From Cirrosporium novae-zelandiae (Eukaryota): DNA of 64,000 nucleotides. Each line of letters starts with the position of its first letter. The first letter of the stretch is position 1. Shown one piece after another: positions 47,804-60,648 of the stretch. The stretch covers positions 372,001 through 436,000 of the forward strand of contig JAPETS010000006.1 in the NCBI GenBank assembly GCA_026023565.1. Reading direction: 5' to 3'. The position numbers and the translations under genes were made by a program. The notes under the pieces are model-generated. The model was not told where the DNA came from and ran no database searches. It saw only the letters and a list, made by a program, of their open reading frames with translations.

Positions 47804-49380
47804 ATGGAATCCGACTCCAACCCTGGTTCCCCGGAACAACCCCTTTCAGAGTTAAATGAAAATGATGTATCTCTCCAGCATGACCACGAAGCCAATGGAG
47901 ACGACAATAATGGAGATGATCTATTTGATGATGGAAACGACGAGAAAGACCTTTTTGGAGACGATGGAGATGCTGGAGACGCTGATGCGCCTGCTTCTGA
48001 GTGAGTATTGGACCTTTGACCTATTTCCCGAGCTCGTAAATTGCTAATTTCCTATAGAGGGCTTCGACAACTAGATGACGAAGACCTCGATTCCGGAGAC
48101 GATGAAGGTAGGAATGATCGACAACCAGCCACTCAAGATGAAATGGATGATGATGGAGAAGGGCGTTCTGTCAATGTCATGGATGCTCAAATTAATCGAC
48201 ATGCGGTTCCACAACCTAGCGACGGGGAGGTACGAAATTTTTTCTCCTTATTAATCATGTGTATATGATGCTGAAAAAGCTACAGCTATACCTCCTAAAG
48301 CTTCCAGAGTTCCTTGGACTTGACTCAAATCCCTTTCACTTTACTACCTTTCAACTTCCCACTGGAGGTCACGACCAGTTAGAAAACCCCACAGCACCAT
48401 TCTCAGCTTCAAATGTTGCAACATCAACCGTCAGATGGCGTCGCTCACCAAAAAATACTTCCAAGTTGGAGTCAAATGCTCGTATCATTCGCTGGTCGGA
48501 TGGTTCTCTCACTTTTCAGGTTGCCACTAACCCAAAACATCAATACCAACTTCCTGCGAAAGGACTTGCCATTGCTCAACAAGACCCTCGCAAACCTACT
48601 CCTACTAGTGTCAAGAAAGCTCGCTCTGGACATGGGTCGTCTAATGTTGCAGGCTCCGACACTCATACCTTTCTTTCTGCTTCAGATGATACCGTTGGCT
48701 TGATTCGGACTGTTGGTCAAATAACTACGTCTCTTAATGTTCTTCCTTCGACAAATGCTGATGATGATGCTTTGGCACGATTGCAAAAGTCACTTGCTGC
48801 AGCATCTAATCGTGGAAGAAATGGAAAAGAAGGCCCCAATGTCATCAGCATTACCGAGGACCCCGAACTTGCTAAGAGGAAGGCTGAAATTGCTGAACGT
48901 GATAAACTTCGGGCTCAAAAGCGACGCCAAGCTCAGGAAGAGAGGGAACGTGACCGCACAAATCGTGCTCTCGGAAGGCGCGGCCTCAGGGAAAGTGGCG
49001 GTTTGACCGTCGGAGAACTCGAGGATGATATGATGGGTGGCACAAGCCGTCGCACGGCCACGAAATCAAAGAAGAAGCACAGGAGGTTGGATTTGGATAG
49101 CGATGAAGATGACGGTTTCGGACGACGAAAGCATACTCGGGAGGATGAATACGATGAAGACGATGGGTTTTTGGTCGGAAGTGACGAGGAGCCTGAGTTG
49201 GCGGAAGAAGAGGAATCAGAAGAGGAGGAAGAAATCGACATGATGGAGGACAAGACCCCGCCGAGGCAAGGGGGAAGTCCCAAACGTGATGCCTATCCGG
49301 AGAATAATCATCATACGGATGTCGTTGATAGGACGAAGAGAAGAAAGGTTATCATTGATGATGATGATGATGAAGAGTAG
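47804..49380 (+). CDS. LEO1: PAF1 complex subunit Leo1
   Basis: Introns 48001-48057 and 48230-48285. Acidic termini; Leo1 core LKLPEFL...TVRWR...LESNARIIRWSDGSLTFQV. Confidence 0.88.
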
Positions 49381-49912
49381 GTGGGGGTACTTTGATTGGT
49401 GTTGCAAGTGCCAAAGTTATCAAAAGCTTCTGGAGATGCCGTTAAGAGCGGGCCGAGATCCTCAGCGAAGGATAAGATATTGAAAACCCCACCTACCCTC
49501 CCCTTCGATTTGAGAGGTCACTATTTGGCTACGCCTTCCCTACGAAGTAGGTAATCAAGGCTAGGTAGTAGAACAACCTACCCAAGTTTTAAAAACATTT
49601 GTATTAAAAGAACTAAGAACCCCCTATTTCTTCTTCTTGCCCTGTCCTTGTTTTAGTTGATAGCCCGCTCACCTACCTATCCTGTATCATATCATATCCG
49701 CGATCTTGCAACACAACCCAAATTAAACCAAACTAAACTACAAATACAACAAACTTTATGATGTTTTTGAAGATGTCGTTCCTGGACAAAACTGAGATGT
49801 TCAATGTCGTTGGTTTTCTTGTTAGGATTTTTTAAGGGATATGATGTGGTTAGTCAGTTAATAGTCTTGGGTGGTCTTGCTTCTCAACACCCACCCCGCC
49901 ATCAATAGTTAC

Positions 49913-52277
49913 TTAATCCGCATGATCCATCGACGCCTCGGCACAAGCACAAGCACAAACTGGCAGATCATTCTCCCGCTCCCATTCCCACTGCCTCAAA
50001 AGCGACGCAATGCGACAATCAGCACGCCACCCCAGCTCCGCTTGCAAGGCCCTCAAAAGCCTCAAAACGAGCCGCCGCTCCCACGGCTCCGTGAGGCAGC
50101 ACCCGGCGACCCACAGTGGTTGCAGGGAGTGAACGCGTACGGAGCCCGTGGGGTTTCCGAGGGCGATCCTGCAGATCTCGTGCCCGTGGTGGCGGACTTG
50201 GGCGGAGATGGACCGGTAGGATTGCAGTCGGCGGAGGATCGATGAGCGTCGTGATGTTGATTCGTGCGGCTTGTTGAGCAGGAGTAGGATTTGCGACATG
50301 TGGTGGTGTTGCATCGTGTGCGCGCTGAGGGGTGTGGAGTACCAAATGCTGCTAAGGGTGGGTGGTTGGTCGTTGTTATTGCTATTGTTATTGTGGCTTG
50401 GTGGAAGGAGGGGTGTCGGTTCGGTGATGGTGTATGGAGCTCGTGCGTACGACTTGAAGGTGACAGGGAGCCGGTCGTACCAAATCTGGAATTCCTTTTG
50501 GATCTCGAGCCAGCGCTCTAGCAGCGTTCTCTGGTTGACGCCGATGAAATCTTGGGGTGTTTCCTCGCTATGGGGGTTGAGGGGGTAGAAGACGTCTGCG
50601 GCCGCGATGAAGTTGGCTAGCTTTGAGATTAACCAGATTAACCCGTTTGACATCATGACGTCCTCGGAATATTCGTTTTCAATTTCGTGTTCGGTCTCAG
50701 TTTCACCTGCTTCATAGCTATTTTGTAGGTTGGAGTGAGGGAGGAGAAATCCTTCACTGTCCAGCTGCAACCCGGCATCCACCCACAGGTTGATATCGGT
50801 GACGTCGAAATGGACGGTGGACTCGCTGATTAGAGCTGAGAGGCAATCCTGCCGGGCGAAGTTCCAGAAAATGGCACGGCGTGTTTTGGGATGCTGGATT
50901 CTTGTCGCAGGAAAGAATCCGTTGATCGGGTATGAGCTCGAAGGCGATGCTACAAATTCTAGACTCTGGAAGAGAATACGAGCGGCGCCGTGGAGATGGG
51001 GTTCCCAGGCTGTTTCAGGCGTGTCGAGGAATTCGTATACGCTGAGGATTGCCGTTGCAGCGAGGACCTCTTCTGAGATAACGCGGTCGCGTTCCAGTGA
51101 TGGCGAATCGGGTGAAAATAGGCTGTTATAATCATGAAGATGGTTCATGGAACTTAGCTCGTTGTATTCTGACCGAGCGGAATTTCCCAGTGGCTGGGGT
51201 GAATTGTTATACAATTTCTCTTTCAATAAGGAGATAGCTTTATTGTAATACTTCATTCCGATCAAACACCAGTCTTGGCTTTGGGCATCAGGCAGGAGTC
51301 CTGGCTGTGGGGAATAGGAATATACATCACAGATACCTGCTTTGACCTTATGAACCCGGCCTAGTTGCTTAGCAGCATACGCACATGCAGCAAACTTAAG
51401 TAGAGAATTGGTGTAGGCTTTAAGTGGCACGACAGAAGCAAAGTACTGCCCACAATCGAAAAGATCCATCCTGCACAAGATATATTTAGCAAACTGTATT
51501 CTAAGACCATGCTGGTGGGATAATGGGGCATACCATCGCCCTGGTATTTCTGAAAAGTGACGGAGTAAGAAAGCAATCTCAAAGTCAATCTCCCTGTGGG
51601 TAGGTGAGGTAGCCCTTGTGTGATATCCGTTTTCGGGAAGATCTCTAGAACTTTCGGGGAGTATAGGTTCTTGCACATCGGGTCTCAATATGGGTAAGTG
51701 AGCAGTGGCAATAGCAATAGATTCATCTAATACAGCGGGCTTTCTTATTAGAAGTGAAAGGGTTTCAGGCCCAGTAGGTTGATCCCAAGTTGAAGAAGGC
51801 GGTAAGGGATGTATTATATTTCCTTCAGGGGCATTTGACTCTTCAGACGGTGGTATTATAACCTCGGCATATGGATCGACAATTGATACAAATGTCACTA
51901 CATAAAGTTAGTTTAGTTGAAGAAATATCAATCCTTAAGAGGCGAGAAACCTTTCTTGGGTACCTTGACCCAGACACAGTCTTTATTAAAAGTATTCCTA
52001 TATGAATAGAAGCCCCCCAAATCTCCTTCTGCGGGCTCATCGCTTAGGTCAAGGTCGTTATTCAATGAGGCGTTCTGTTGATGTCTGAAAAATATTCCGG
52101 GGCCTGGTTTGCAATGCCTTGAGGACTTTCTGCAGGGCCCACAGACAGGACTCTCTTCATCGCATTTGATTTTTCGAGACCTACAAGTTGAGCTATACGT
52201 TGGAACAGAGAAATTAGTGAATCCTCTGCCATCGGGGAAATCACAAGGGTTCATCACCATCCAAATTTTGATCTCAT
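49913..52277 (-). CDS. Zn(II)2Cys6 transcription factor with fungal-specific TF domain
   Basis: A 20-nt first exon (52277-52258) and introns 52257-52193, 51950-51898 and 51533-51471 give MRSKFGCSTCRSRKIKCDEESPVCGPCRKSSRHC. Later motifs WMDLFD, AILSVYEFLD, AIFWNFARQD, QPLWVAG. Confidence 0.88.
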
Positions 52278-53121
52278 CTCACTGTCTGAATGGTAAGATA
52301 TCCTTGGGGGTGAGAGGATATGGAACAATCCGCTTCTTAACAACTTTGCACATCAGTCTCCAACTGCACGTATCAACATTGCTATACAATCTAGGAAATT
52401 CAATCCAGAGAGTGGCTACCGTAAGTTTTTATGGAGTTTTCATGGCGATAAATATGGGGTTATCTCCCTATGACTTTTAAATAAGGTTGGCTTGACTCGT
52501 TGCCGGCAATTGATATTTATAGGAGAATCGTAAGCTAATCAGTCAGGTGAGAGGCTTTTCAGGATCTATACCGCCATAATGACTAGTGAAGATCAAAATA
52601 CACCAGTTAGGCTGGGATTTGTGGAGTACCTAGGTAGTTCTAGAAGGGTTGCGCATATACTTCTCACAAATAACTGTGGGAACAAGCAAAATATTTTGGA
52701 CTACGGATATTAATTTGCTAGAAGACCTCCTGGAAGGACCATGAAAAAACCAAAATTCTTTATGGGAGACCTCAAGGATGTAGATGGCCCCACCACGGTG
52801 TATTTCAATAACAAATATGGTCCAAGGTATTCTATAAGATCTATCGACTTCCCTGCCCATTAGGAAAAAAACTAACCTCCGGGATTCTTTTGTCCCCATC
52901 TATCATTTATATCAAGTATTTGCCTCTAGAGATGGTTTCTTTCTTGTTACCGTGTGTAAGAATTTAGGATGCCGTAATCGGTTTAACAATGCTTTGGATT
53001 TTGTAGACCCCGATGGCTGTAATACGATCATCAACGCTTCTTGCTGATGCGTTCAGGCAGCAGAATTCTATCCTATTTCGCTATCATATTGAGTCATTTC
53101 CCTAACGGCTCTCCGCACGAT

Positions 53122-54734
53122 TTAATTAGCCTCCTCCCGAGGCGTACTCTCCTTCCTTATCGCCCTACGGATAAACTGACTGAACATTGTCTCCATCGAA
53201 TGCTTCCGAAAAGATTCGTCGATGCTTTCGAGAGTTCTCCCCTTGGTCTCAGGCATATAAACCAGGCAAACCAAAACAGTTAGCAGTACGGAAAACCCGA
53301 ATAAGAAATATAGTCCAAAAGATGACCGATCAAGAAAAATAGGAGTTGTGAATGCTACTGCCCAGTTAACTATCTGCGATTTGTTAGTCTATATTCCCTA
53401 GCCGATCATATCAACTCTTACCCAGTTTGTACTTTGGGCAAGGCTTGTAGCCGCCGCCCTTGTTTCTGGCGGCTGGATTTCACTTGCATAGACTCTAATG
53501 CTTAGTGCCCAAGTAACAGAGTATACGATGGCAAAAATATATATTGCCACAATAACAACCCATCGACCAGGACCTGTAGTGGCGTATACTGAGTCTGATG
53601 CATATAAAGATCCAATAATGATCATGCAGGTACATAGGACGAAACCTCCAAATATCGTAGAAGTTCGCCTGCCCCAGCGATCTGCTAATAGGAAGGCTGG
53701 AATAGTGAAAAGGAACATTAAGAGGGCACTGATTCCAGATGCGAGAAACGAGGCTTGATCAGATGACAGGCCAGCCTGTTGGAAGATTATGGGAGCATAG
53801 TACAAAACTCCATCAATACCGCTCAGCTGCTGCATTCCCATCAAGAACATACCGAGGATGGTTCTCGATCGGACGTTCTTCTTGAAAACCCTAAAATACA
53901 AACTGATCCTTGCCGAAAGGTTGGAATGATCGTTTGTTGGTACTTCAATTGTTTCAATTGATACATTGACAGGATCCTTCCCCCTTTCCGCTACTGGGAC
54001 CCCGAGGCGGTCCCAGTTCTCGCTTGCTTTTGCTAATTGACCGGCTTGTGCTAGCCATCTCGGTGACTGAGGGAGAAATATGCAAGAAATGGAGCACAAA
54101 AAGGAAATAGAGGATTGTAGCGCGAGAGGTAATCGCCACGACGCGGAGGATGTTATGTTGACAGTTCCATAAGCAATGAAGTAACCGGCACAGATACCTA
54201 GACTAGTGCCGAATTGAGGTATAGACGCAAGGGGGCCTCTCCCGCGTGGCGGAGAGATTTCACATATGTATACGACGAGGGTGCTTAGGAACAATCCTTC
54301 CCCAATTCCAGTTATAAACCTTCCCATCAAGAACATGGCAATATGGACTGCAGCTGCTTCAAGGGCGGTTCCGCACCCAAAGATCAGCGCACCTACAACC
54401 ACAGCACGAGGTCGTCCAAGTGAATCGGCAAGACTGCCCGCAAAGAATGAGGCGACCGCAGCGGGTATTAAGATGGACGACACAACAAAACCGCGAAAAG
54501 TAGAGGATAAATGGCCGAAAGATACTTCAAAGGAAGACATTGTTGTTACAGGACCAATCATACCGGTATCCAAGCTAGGCATTTGGATTAGTATTATGGT
54601 ATTGGCAATAATCTGACATGGAGTTCTAACCCGAATAAAAGTCCTCCAATAGACATAACAATCGATACTGTGACATAATATGGTGGTTGCAACCACCGAA
54701 GCTGCGACGGTTCTCCATGTTTTTCGGTAGTCAT
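53122..54734 (-). CDS. MFS sugar porter family transporter
   Basis: Introns 54630-54575 and 53421-53374. Motifs GGLLFGLDTG, ADSLGR, YICEISPPRGRG, PQSPRWL, QQLSGIDGVLYYAP, ADRWGRR, PETKGRTLE; stop TAA at 53124-53122. Confidence 0.92.
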
Positions 54735-55510
54735 TATGGATGAGATGTGGAAGGGTGAATTGAAGACCACATCTCACCGCTGGGAGGAGTACTGTAATAT
54801 ATAGCGGTGTCGCTGGGCTGGAAGACGGCTGAAGAAGGCCGAGCGAGCTCCTCTTGGATCCACTTCACCATCTGCGTCACACACATCATGAACAAGTTGA
54901 GAATTTTGCAATTTGTCGTTAGCCTTTACTATTATTTCAGATACGCCGGTAACAATGTTTTATCTTTTCAACTAGTACAGGCCGGTAAATCGCCAGACTT
55001 GCCCGAATGTGGAATATACCATAGCCCTGCTCTGAGTGAGAAAACTCAAAAGATACGAGGGATCTGTGGGGCTAGAAGACATCTTGCACCTTATCTAGTT
55101 CATTTTTAAGTCTATCATCTTCGACATTTTGCATCTGGGAGGCTTTTAAGTAGGATAATGAAAGTTGTAAGGGATTGGGGAGCCTTTTGGTGATTGATAA
55201 GGAGATATTGAAGATAGTAGTCTAAAGAAGGGAATTTAACCGAAGAGGCTAATTCAAAAGAAGTATAGTGGCTCGGCAGACCTGCCTTGCTGATTGAAAC
55301 TCTTACCCGCTTAACTTTCCTTAACCATCTGTTTCCACATCCTGGAATAAAACATGGAGAGTTTATGAGCTGTCATTTGAAATGAGGGCTAGCATTGAGG
55401 TTAGCATCGACCAAGCTCACCTGCTGGGATTTGAATTATAAAGGCTCATCTTATTCTATGGGAAGGTTAATACTACTTCGCTATCCTTTGCCTAATAATG
55501 TATATCGCAT

Positions 55511-56492
55511 CTACGATAAGTTCTCAACAGCTCTAGTACCTGTCAACACATCTGAATGTGCATCTGATGGCCTACCTTGCTTCACACCTGGCCCCCCAAT
55601 CTCAAACAAATGTGCTTCTTGCTCGTTTGAATCTTCGGTGAATTGGAATTGGCGAAACTCACAATTATACCAGGCAGTGCCTGTCGAATTAAGTTAATAG
55701 AGGACTTATAAGGTGGAGATTTGCAGAGAGCCCTACTTCTCAGAGGATCATATCGTGTCCAGTCTTCCGTTAGGTAGTGAAGGAAGGCGCCATGCGTAAC
55801 CAAAACGATATTTGTCTCGGGACGTTTCAAAAGCCATGTTCGCAGGGCTGCTGCGCGCTTCTCTATAGCCGCAAGTCGTGGTTCATAGATTCCTCTCTAG
55901 ATCATGTCGTGAGTCAATGCTGCTCGACCAATATTGTGAAAATAACCAAGCAACATATATAAGGGAACCATTGAATTGGTGAACGGCCATGTGTTAGTGG
56001 GAAAAGAGACATATAGTTACCCACCTTGGAATTCCACCCAGCTTTTAGCAGGCTTGCGTCGGTTTTGGACGGATTAAAGCCAACATCTTCCTCGAGGATA
56101 ATCCTTGGGATATCTGTTTCCAAGATTTCTCGATCGTATCCAATATCGCAAGGCTGATTACTGATCTCTTGGGCTTGAGGTACCAAGAGGAATGAAACAT
56201 TGGATCTTCGTAAGGCCGGCCCAAAAGCATATCCTGCCGTTTGAATAGCACGCCTCAAGGGGGAGGCCAACACAATTGAAATATCGTCGTGGTAGGGAAA
56301 AGAAACTCTAAGTTGATGGCATTGCTTCTTTCCAAAATCGGTGAGGACGGAATCTCGGATGTGGTTGGAGTCCTGCCTTAATTATATCAACATAAGCAGA
56401 CATGTAGAGAGTTGGTATTGGATGTTTGTCCTTCATACCTTCACATTGTGTTCTCCTTCAGCGTGGCGAACGAGATAGAGAGTTGGAGGCAT
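55511..56492 (-). CDS. Histidine phosphatase / phosphoglycerate-mutase-like protein
   Basis: Exons 56492-56439, 56372-56025, 55896-55737 and 55680-55511. Motifs LYLVRHAEGEHN, LTDFGKKQC, ASPLRRAIQT, QEISNQPCDIG, IVLVTHGAFL, WYNCEFR. Confidence 0.88.
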
Positions 56493-59089
56493 ATTGTCAG
56501 CGGCGTGTTTGTCTAAACGAGGTGGTATGCAAGTAATAGATTCTCTGAGGCAAAACCTGGGAGTTTGTCTCATAAATGAAACAATGACAACTAAATTCTT
56601 TTCTCTTCCATTTTAGCTAAACTAGTTGGAGCCCGTTAAATCTTAGCCTCATTCTGTGTCATGCTTCTATTATGTCGATGTTAGCATTGTCTACATTTCG
56701 GCAAACCTGCCCTCTTCATATGTGCACAGGTAGATGTCAGAGTCAATAACTGTTTTAATGCCTGAGGCATAGAACCAATTAGGTGACCGCTCAGGAGGCG
56801 GCCCGTGTGTACTTTCTAGTAGGCATTGATCGGTCATGAGATTGATTTTTTTCCCGCGAATCTGATATGATAAGGAGCTGGCGGAAGATCAGATAAGATG
56901 CATTTTTGTGGAGGATTAACCCTATTTCAGTTAAACCCTAGCAAGCTTCTCCACTTCAATAATCCTTCAGCTAAATTGGTTTAAGCAACTATCTAGGTAA
57001 TTAAGCTATAGGAAGAGAGTAGTATTTTGTAGATGAAAACTCTTAATCGACATGCAATTGAATCTGTGCTTGGCTGTTCAATTGGCGAATATGAGCCCAA
57101 CTTGTCCTCCTGTAGGGACTGTGACTGGTATACATAATAGAAAATCAACCAGAAAACTAGTAGTTAGATCGATCTGGAGCTAGTTGGATCATGGAAATCG
57201 AGTTAGAGTATGTGTTCTATGGATGTTACATAGTCGACGATAAGCTCAAGCGTGATGGTTCAAGGTGGAGGGTATTGGAAGGCCCGCCGTTCGCGGAGGT
57301 CAGGCTCGAGTCAACTTCGCAATGCACAACACCAGTTAGTTTAACATACTTGCAAGCAAAAATTGTATCCTTGGATGCTATCTATCCCAACCCTTCAGTG
57401 AACTTCTCAGCTTGTACTGTACATGTACTGTACATGTACAGCGAGAGCCGACGTCAAAATAAAGTTGGGCCATTTGCTCCTCTGTTTGGTTTTACAGTAC
57501 TGTATTTTTCCTCCGCACTTCATTTCGCTTAGTCCTTCAGTTCCTTCAACCTGCAGTCTTTCCCAAATCTCAGGATCAGCTATAAAGCTGAGGTTAGGGA
57601 ACTAAGAAATTCGTCCTGAAGCTAACTTTCGGGTAGTTCGGTTGCCATTCCGCATATAAAGTAGTTATTCGTACTCGGCTTAATAGCGAGGACCTCGCAT
57701 CTGCTATCTTCCGCCGGAGCTTCTCCAAAATTACGGTTTGACAAGCCTCGGAATATAAACAACTTACTTCCTGGGCTATGACCCTACATTATTTGTATAA
57801 TATGTACTGTCTCCGAGTCAGCGAATCAACGTACCGAGGCCCTTAGTCATATCTCTAGGCAATAACCAAGCCCCCCTAGGCAACTCCGTTTCTGTTTCCC
57901 ACTCTTCAGAATATCCATCCGCCTTTTAAATTTCTATCATAGTGTCGGTCAAACATTGTGATATAGATGGCACTGTTTTAGCAAGAGGTATGAAGCTTCA
58001 GCTATAGCAAATTTTTATTGACGCAGGTTGAATCATTTCGGGTACTATTATTCTGGTGCCTAGTAAAGTTCTTGACACAGACGACCTGTGCCAAGTTTCT
58101 TCCAGCAGACCTCACGCCCAACGTAATACGCAAAATAATAAAACACTTAGACCATCTTCCTGGTCAATACTGTGATATTTAATAGCAATAGCCTATTGTG
58201 GTATATGCATTTCCTCCGTCAACCTAACCTCCCAACTGTCAAACGCCAATTCAACATCTCTGCAGCCTCCTTCTGTTTACGCCAAGGAAATTCGGTGTCT
58301 GCGCTGAGAGGACAGAGGGGAAATAGCCATGTGTGACTGGATTTACTAGTTACAGCATACTGGCTCTTATTCATCCTAGGATAAAAACGCAAACTACAGC
58401 ACCAAGAAAATCGTATATCACTAACTAAAGAGAAGATGCGGGGTCTCTTAACCACGGAGAAAGTGAAAATTCTAAGACATTTAAGGAAATTGCTAACCAG
58501 GCGCCTTGATAGATGCTGGAAAATATCAGATCGAACATCAAACCTTGGTCAAATCGACTTTTCCCATACCCACTATTGCCAGCGCATAAACCCATGACAT
58601 AGATTTGAATTTGTCTCATTCTTGAAACGAAGCCCAGAGAACTTGCAGGAGTCCACCTACTGTATGGTTTACAAGGCCGGGGAAGCGGTCAGATTACATG
58701 GATCAACGCGTCGAGAGAGATTACAAGGGCAATCAGGAGCTAGAAATACTGTTAGCATCTTCTTGATGTGATGCCAGCCTGCAAAGATTGCACAAGAGGT
58801 TAGGAAAAAATGGAACTTTCATGCATCTCTTGAATATACTGCAACAATAAGCTCGATGTGCACTTACCCATCAATCACTGTTTTCCTGGCTACCTTTCTA
58901 ATCATACGATTATGAATGTAGAGTTTCTTGATACGTGTCGTTGCTATCTTTGTATATGCTTTGAGTTATCCTCCCGTTCGATGATATCTCTATATTAACC
59001 TCCCCCCCCCGAGTTCATCGCCCAAAAATCATCAGAAATCCGAATCCATCACACAAAAATCATTACTATTTTCGCATCAACTCTTCAAC

Positions 59090-59569
59090 ATGTCTTCAGT
59101 CGCACTGATCGTCACTATCCGTCCAGCGGCAGGCAAAACAGACCGCGTAAGCTTCCCATTCCTCCAGTAAGACTATTAATAACTCGAGGTTTCTGACCAA
59201 CCTGCGTGCAGCTTCGCGAACTCCTCCTCACCATGGTCAGCCATGTCACCAAAGAAGAGCCCGATTGCATCCAGTATCAGTTAATCGAGTCCAAATTGGC
59301 TAATGGAAACGCGGAGTTCCAAATTCTCGAACAGTAAGTTCTGCTAAGAAGCAACCAGGTGCCAAGTGCAAGTTCACGGGATGAATGTCATGCTCACATA
59401 TCCTCCCTCTTTACCCTCTCGCAGATGGAAAAGCCAAGCAGCCCTCGAGAACCACGGAAAACTTGACTTGAATAAAAAGATGACCGCTACATTCGAGGAA
59501 GAAAAAATTATTGCGCAGAGCGAGCATGTCCAGTCCGTGAGCGTGATTGCGGGATTTGCGGCTCGTTAA
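59090..59569 (+). CDS. Small ABM-domain (dimeric alpha-beta barrel, putative quinol monooxygenase-like) protein
   Basis: Exons 59090-59146, 59212-59333 and 59425-59569 splice to MSSVALIVTIRPAAGKTDRLRELLLTMVSHVTKEEPDCIQYQL...FQILEQWKSQAALENH...GFAAR. The EP-C-x-Y and E-x-W-x-S-x-x-A-x-x-x-H pattern fits the ABM family. Confidence 0.82.
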
Positions 59570-60307
59570 TTGATGTAACGACAAGCTTACAAGTTGGGAG
59601 GGAATTAAGGATATCTCCACGTTGGATCATGGTTAACGCAGTGAATTTGTGCCTGGTCCAATATGGCTATAAGACCTATTTCTTGGACAAGTAAAGGGGA
59701 TTGAATTGTTTAGTCTATGAATTGAATTTGATGCTATATTATTTCTTTCTATGCTTTCCGTCTCTTCTCTTCCCCCCCCATAGCATAGCCGTTCCTCTAC
59801 AAAGGTATAGAAAAGCCAAGGCCGTTATGCCATGCCCTAAGATATTACTATCGTGTCAAGTGAAATAATCCCATCATAACACGATGAATAACTAGCTCCA
59901 CACAGAATTTAACCATCCCAGGTAATTAACCGCTAGGTGATATTTAGATATTTAGTCTAGCATGGTTAGCTTTGCCTTATATTGATCGCTAAAGGAAGAT
60001 TTTTAAGTTGAAGTTTTACGCCTAATTATGAATTATTTCACTTGGTACCCATACCATAGACCGTACATATATATGTATGTATATTATTCAGAAGTCAATA
60101 ATGCAATGCTTGCAGGAGGAGGGGGCAGGATACAGCGTCTACTTACCTAGGTACCAATCATGATTCACCTACCTTACCTACCTACCTCACTCACTCATAA
60201 ACTCCAACAATTTAGATATTAAAGAAGAAGCTTGCTAATAAATATATATATTCATGAATCTTGTACTGTACTCCCCCCCCGGCTGTTGAAACAGGTATCT
60301 ATATCAC

Positions 60308-60333
60308 ATCATCATCATCATCATCATCATCAT
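60308..60333. repeat. (CAT)n microsatellite
   Basis: About 8 tandem CAT units. Confidence 0.9.
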
Positions 60334-60648
60334 CGTACATTAGAAAAACAAATATGATAATAATAAATAAATAATTTCAAGGATACTGCGCACAAAAAAA
60401 AAGGGAGAAGTCAATAGTTAATAATTTAATAAGATGTTTTATATTTTATAAGATTAGGGATATTTCTTGAGTTGGAAGTGGTCGGTACGAGTGGTCACCA
60501 AGAACCCTGTAAGTTAGAAGAATCTCGCTCTGGAACCCCCCCCCCCCCCCAGGCAATTACTGTATTTCTCAGTTCAAGCAGCAAGAACCCAACGGGGGAC
60601 AAATCCTGAGAAGGTTACGTATCCTATTAGTTCAATTTTTCAAAAAAA

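Noticed and set aside
56500..59050. Long gene-free stretch with TAACCCTA / GGTTAGGG, considered as a telomerase RNA locus or decayed gene
   Set aside because: Only 8-nt telomere-like matches, expected by chance. No pseudoknot or P6.1 element was identified, and the ORFs at 57191 and 58425 have no recognisable motifs.
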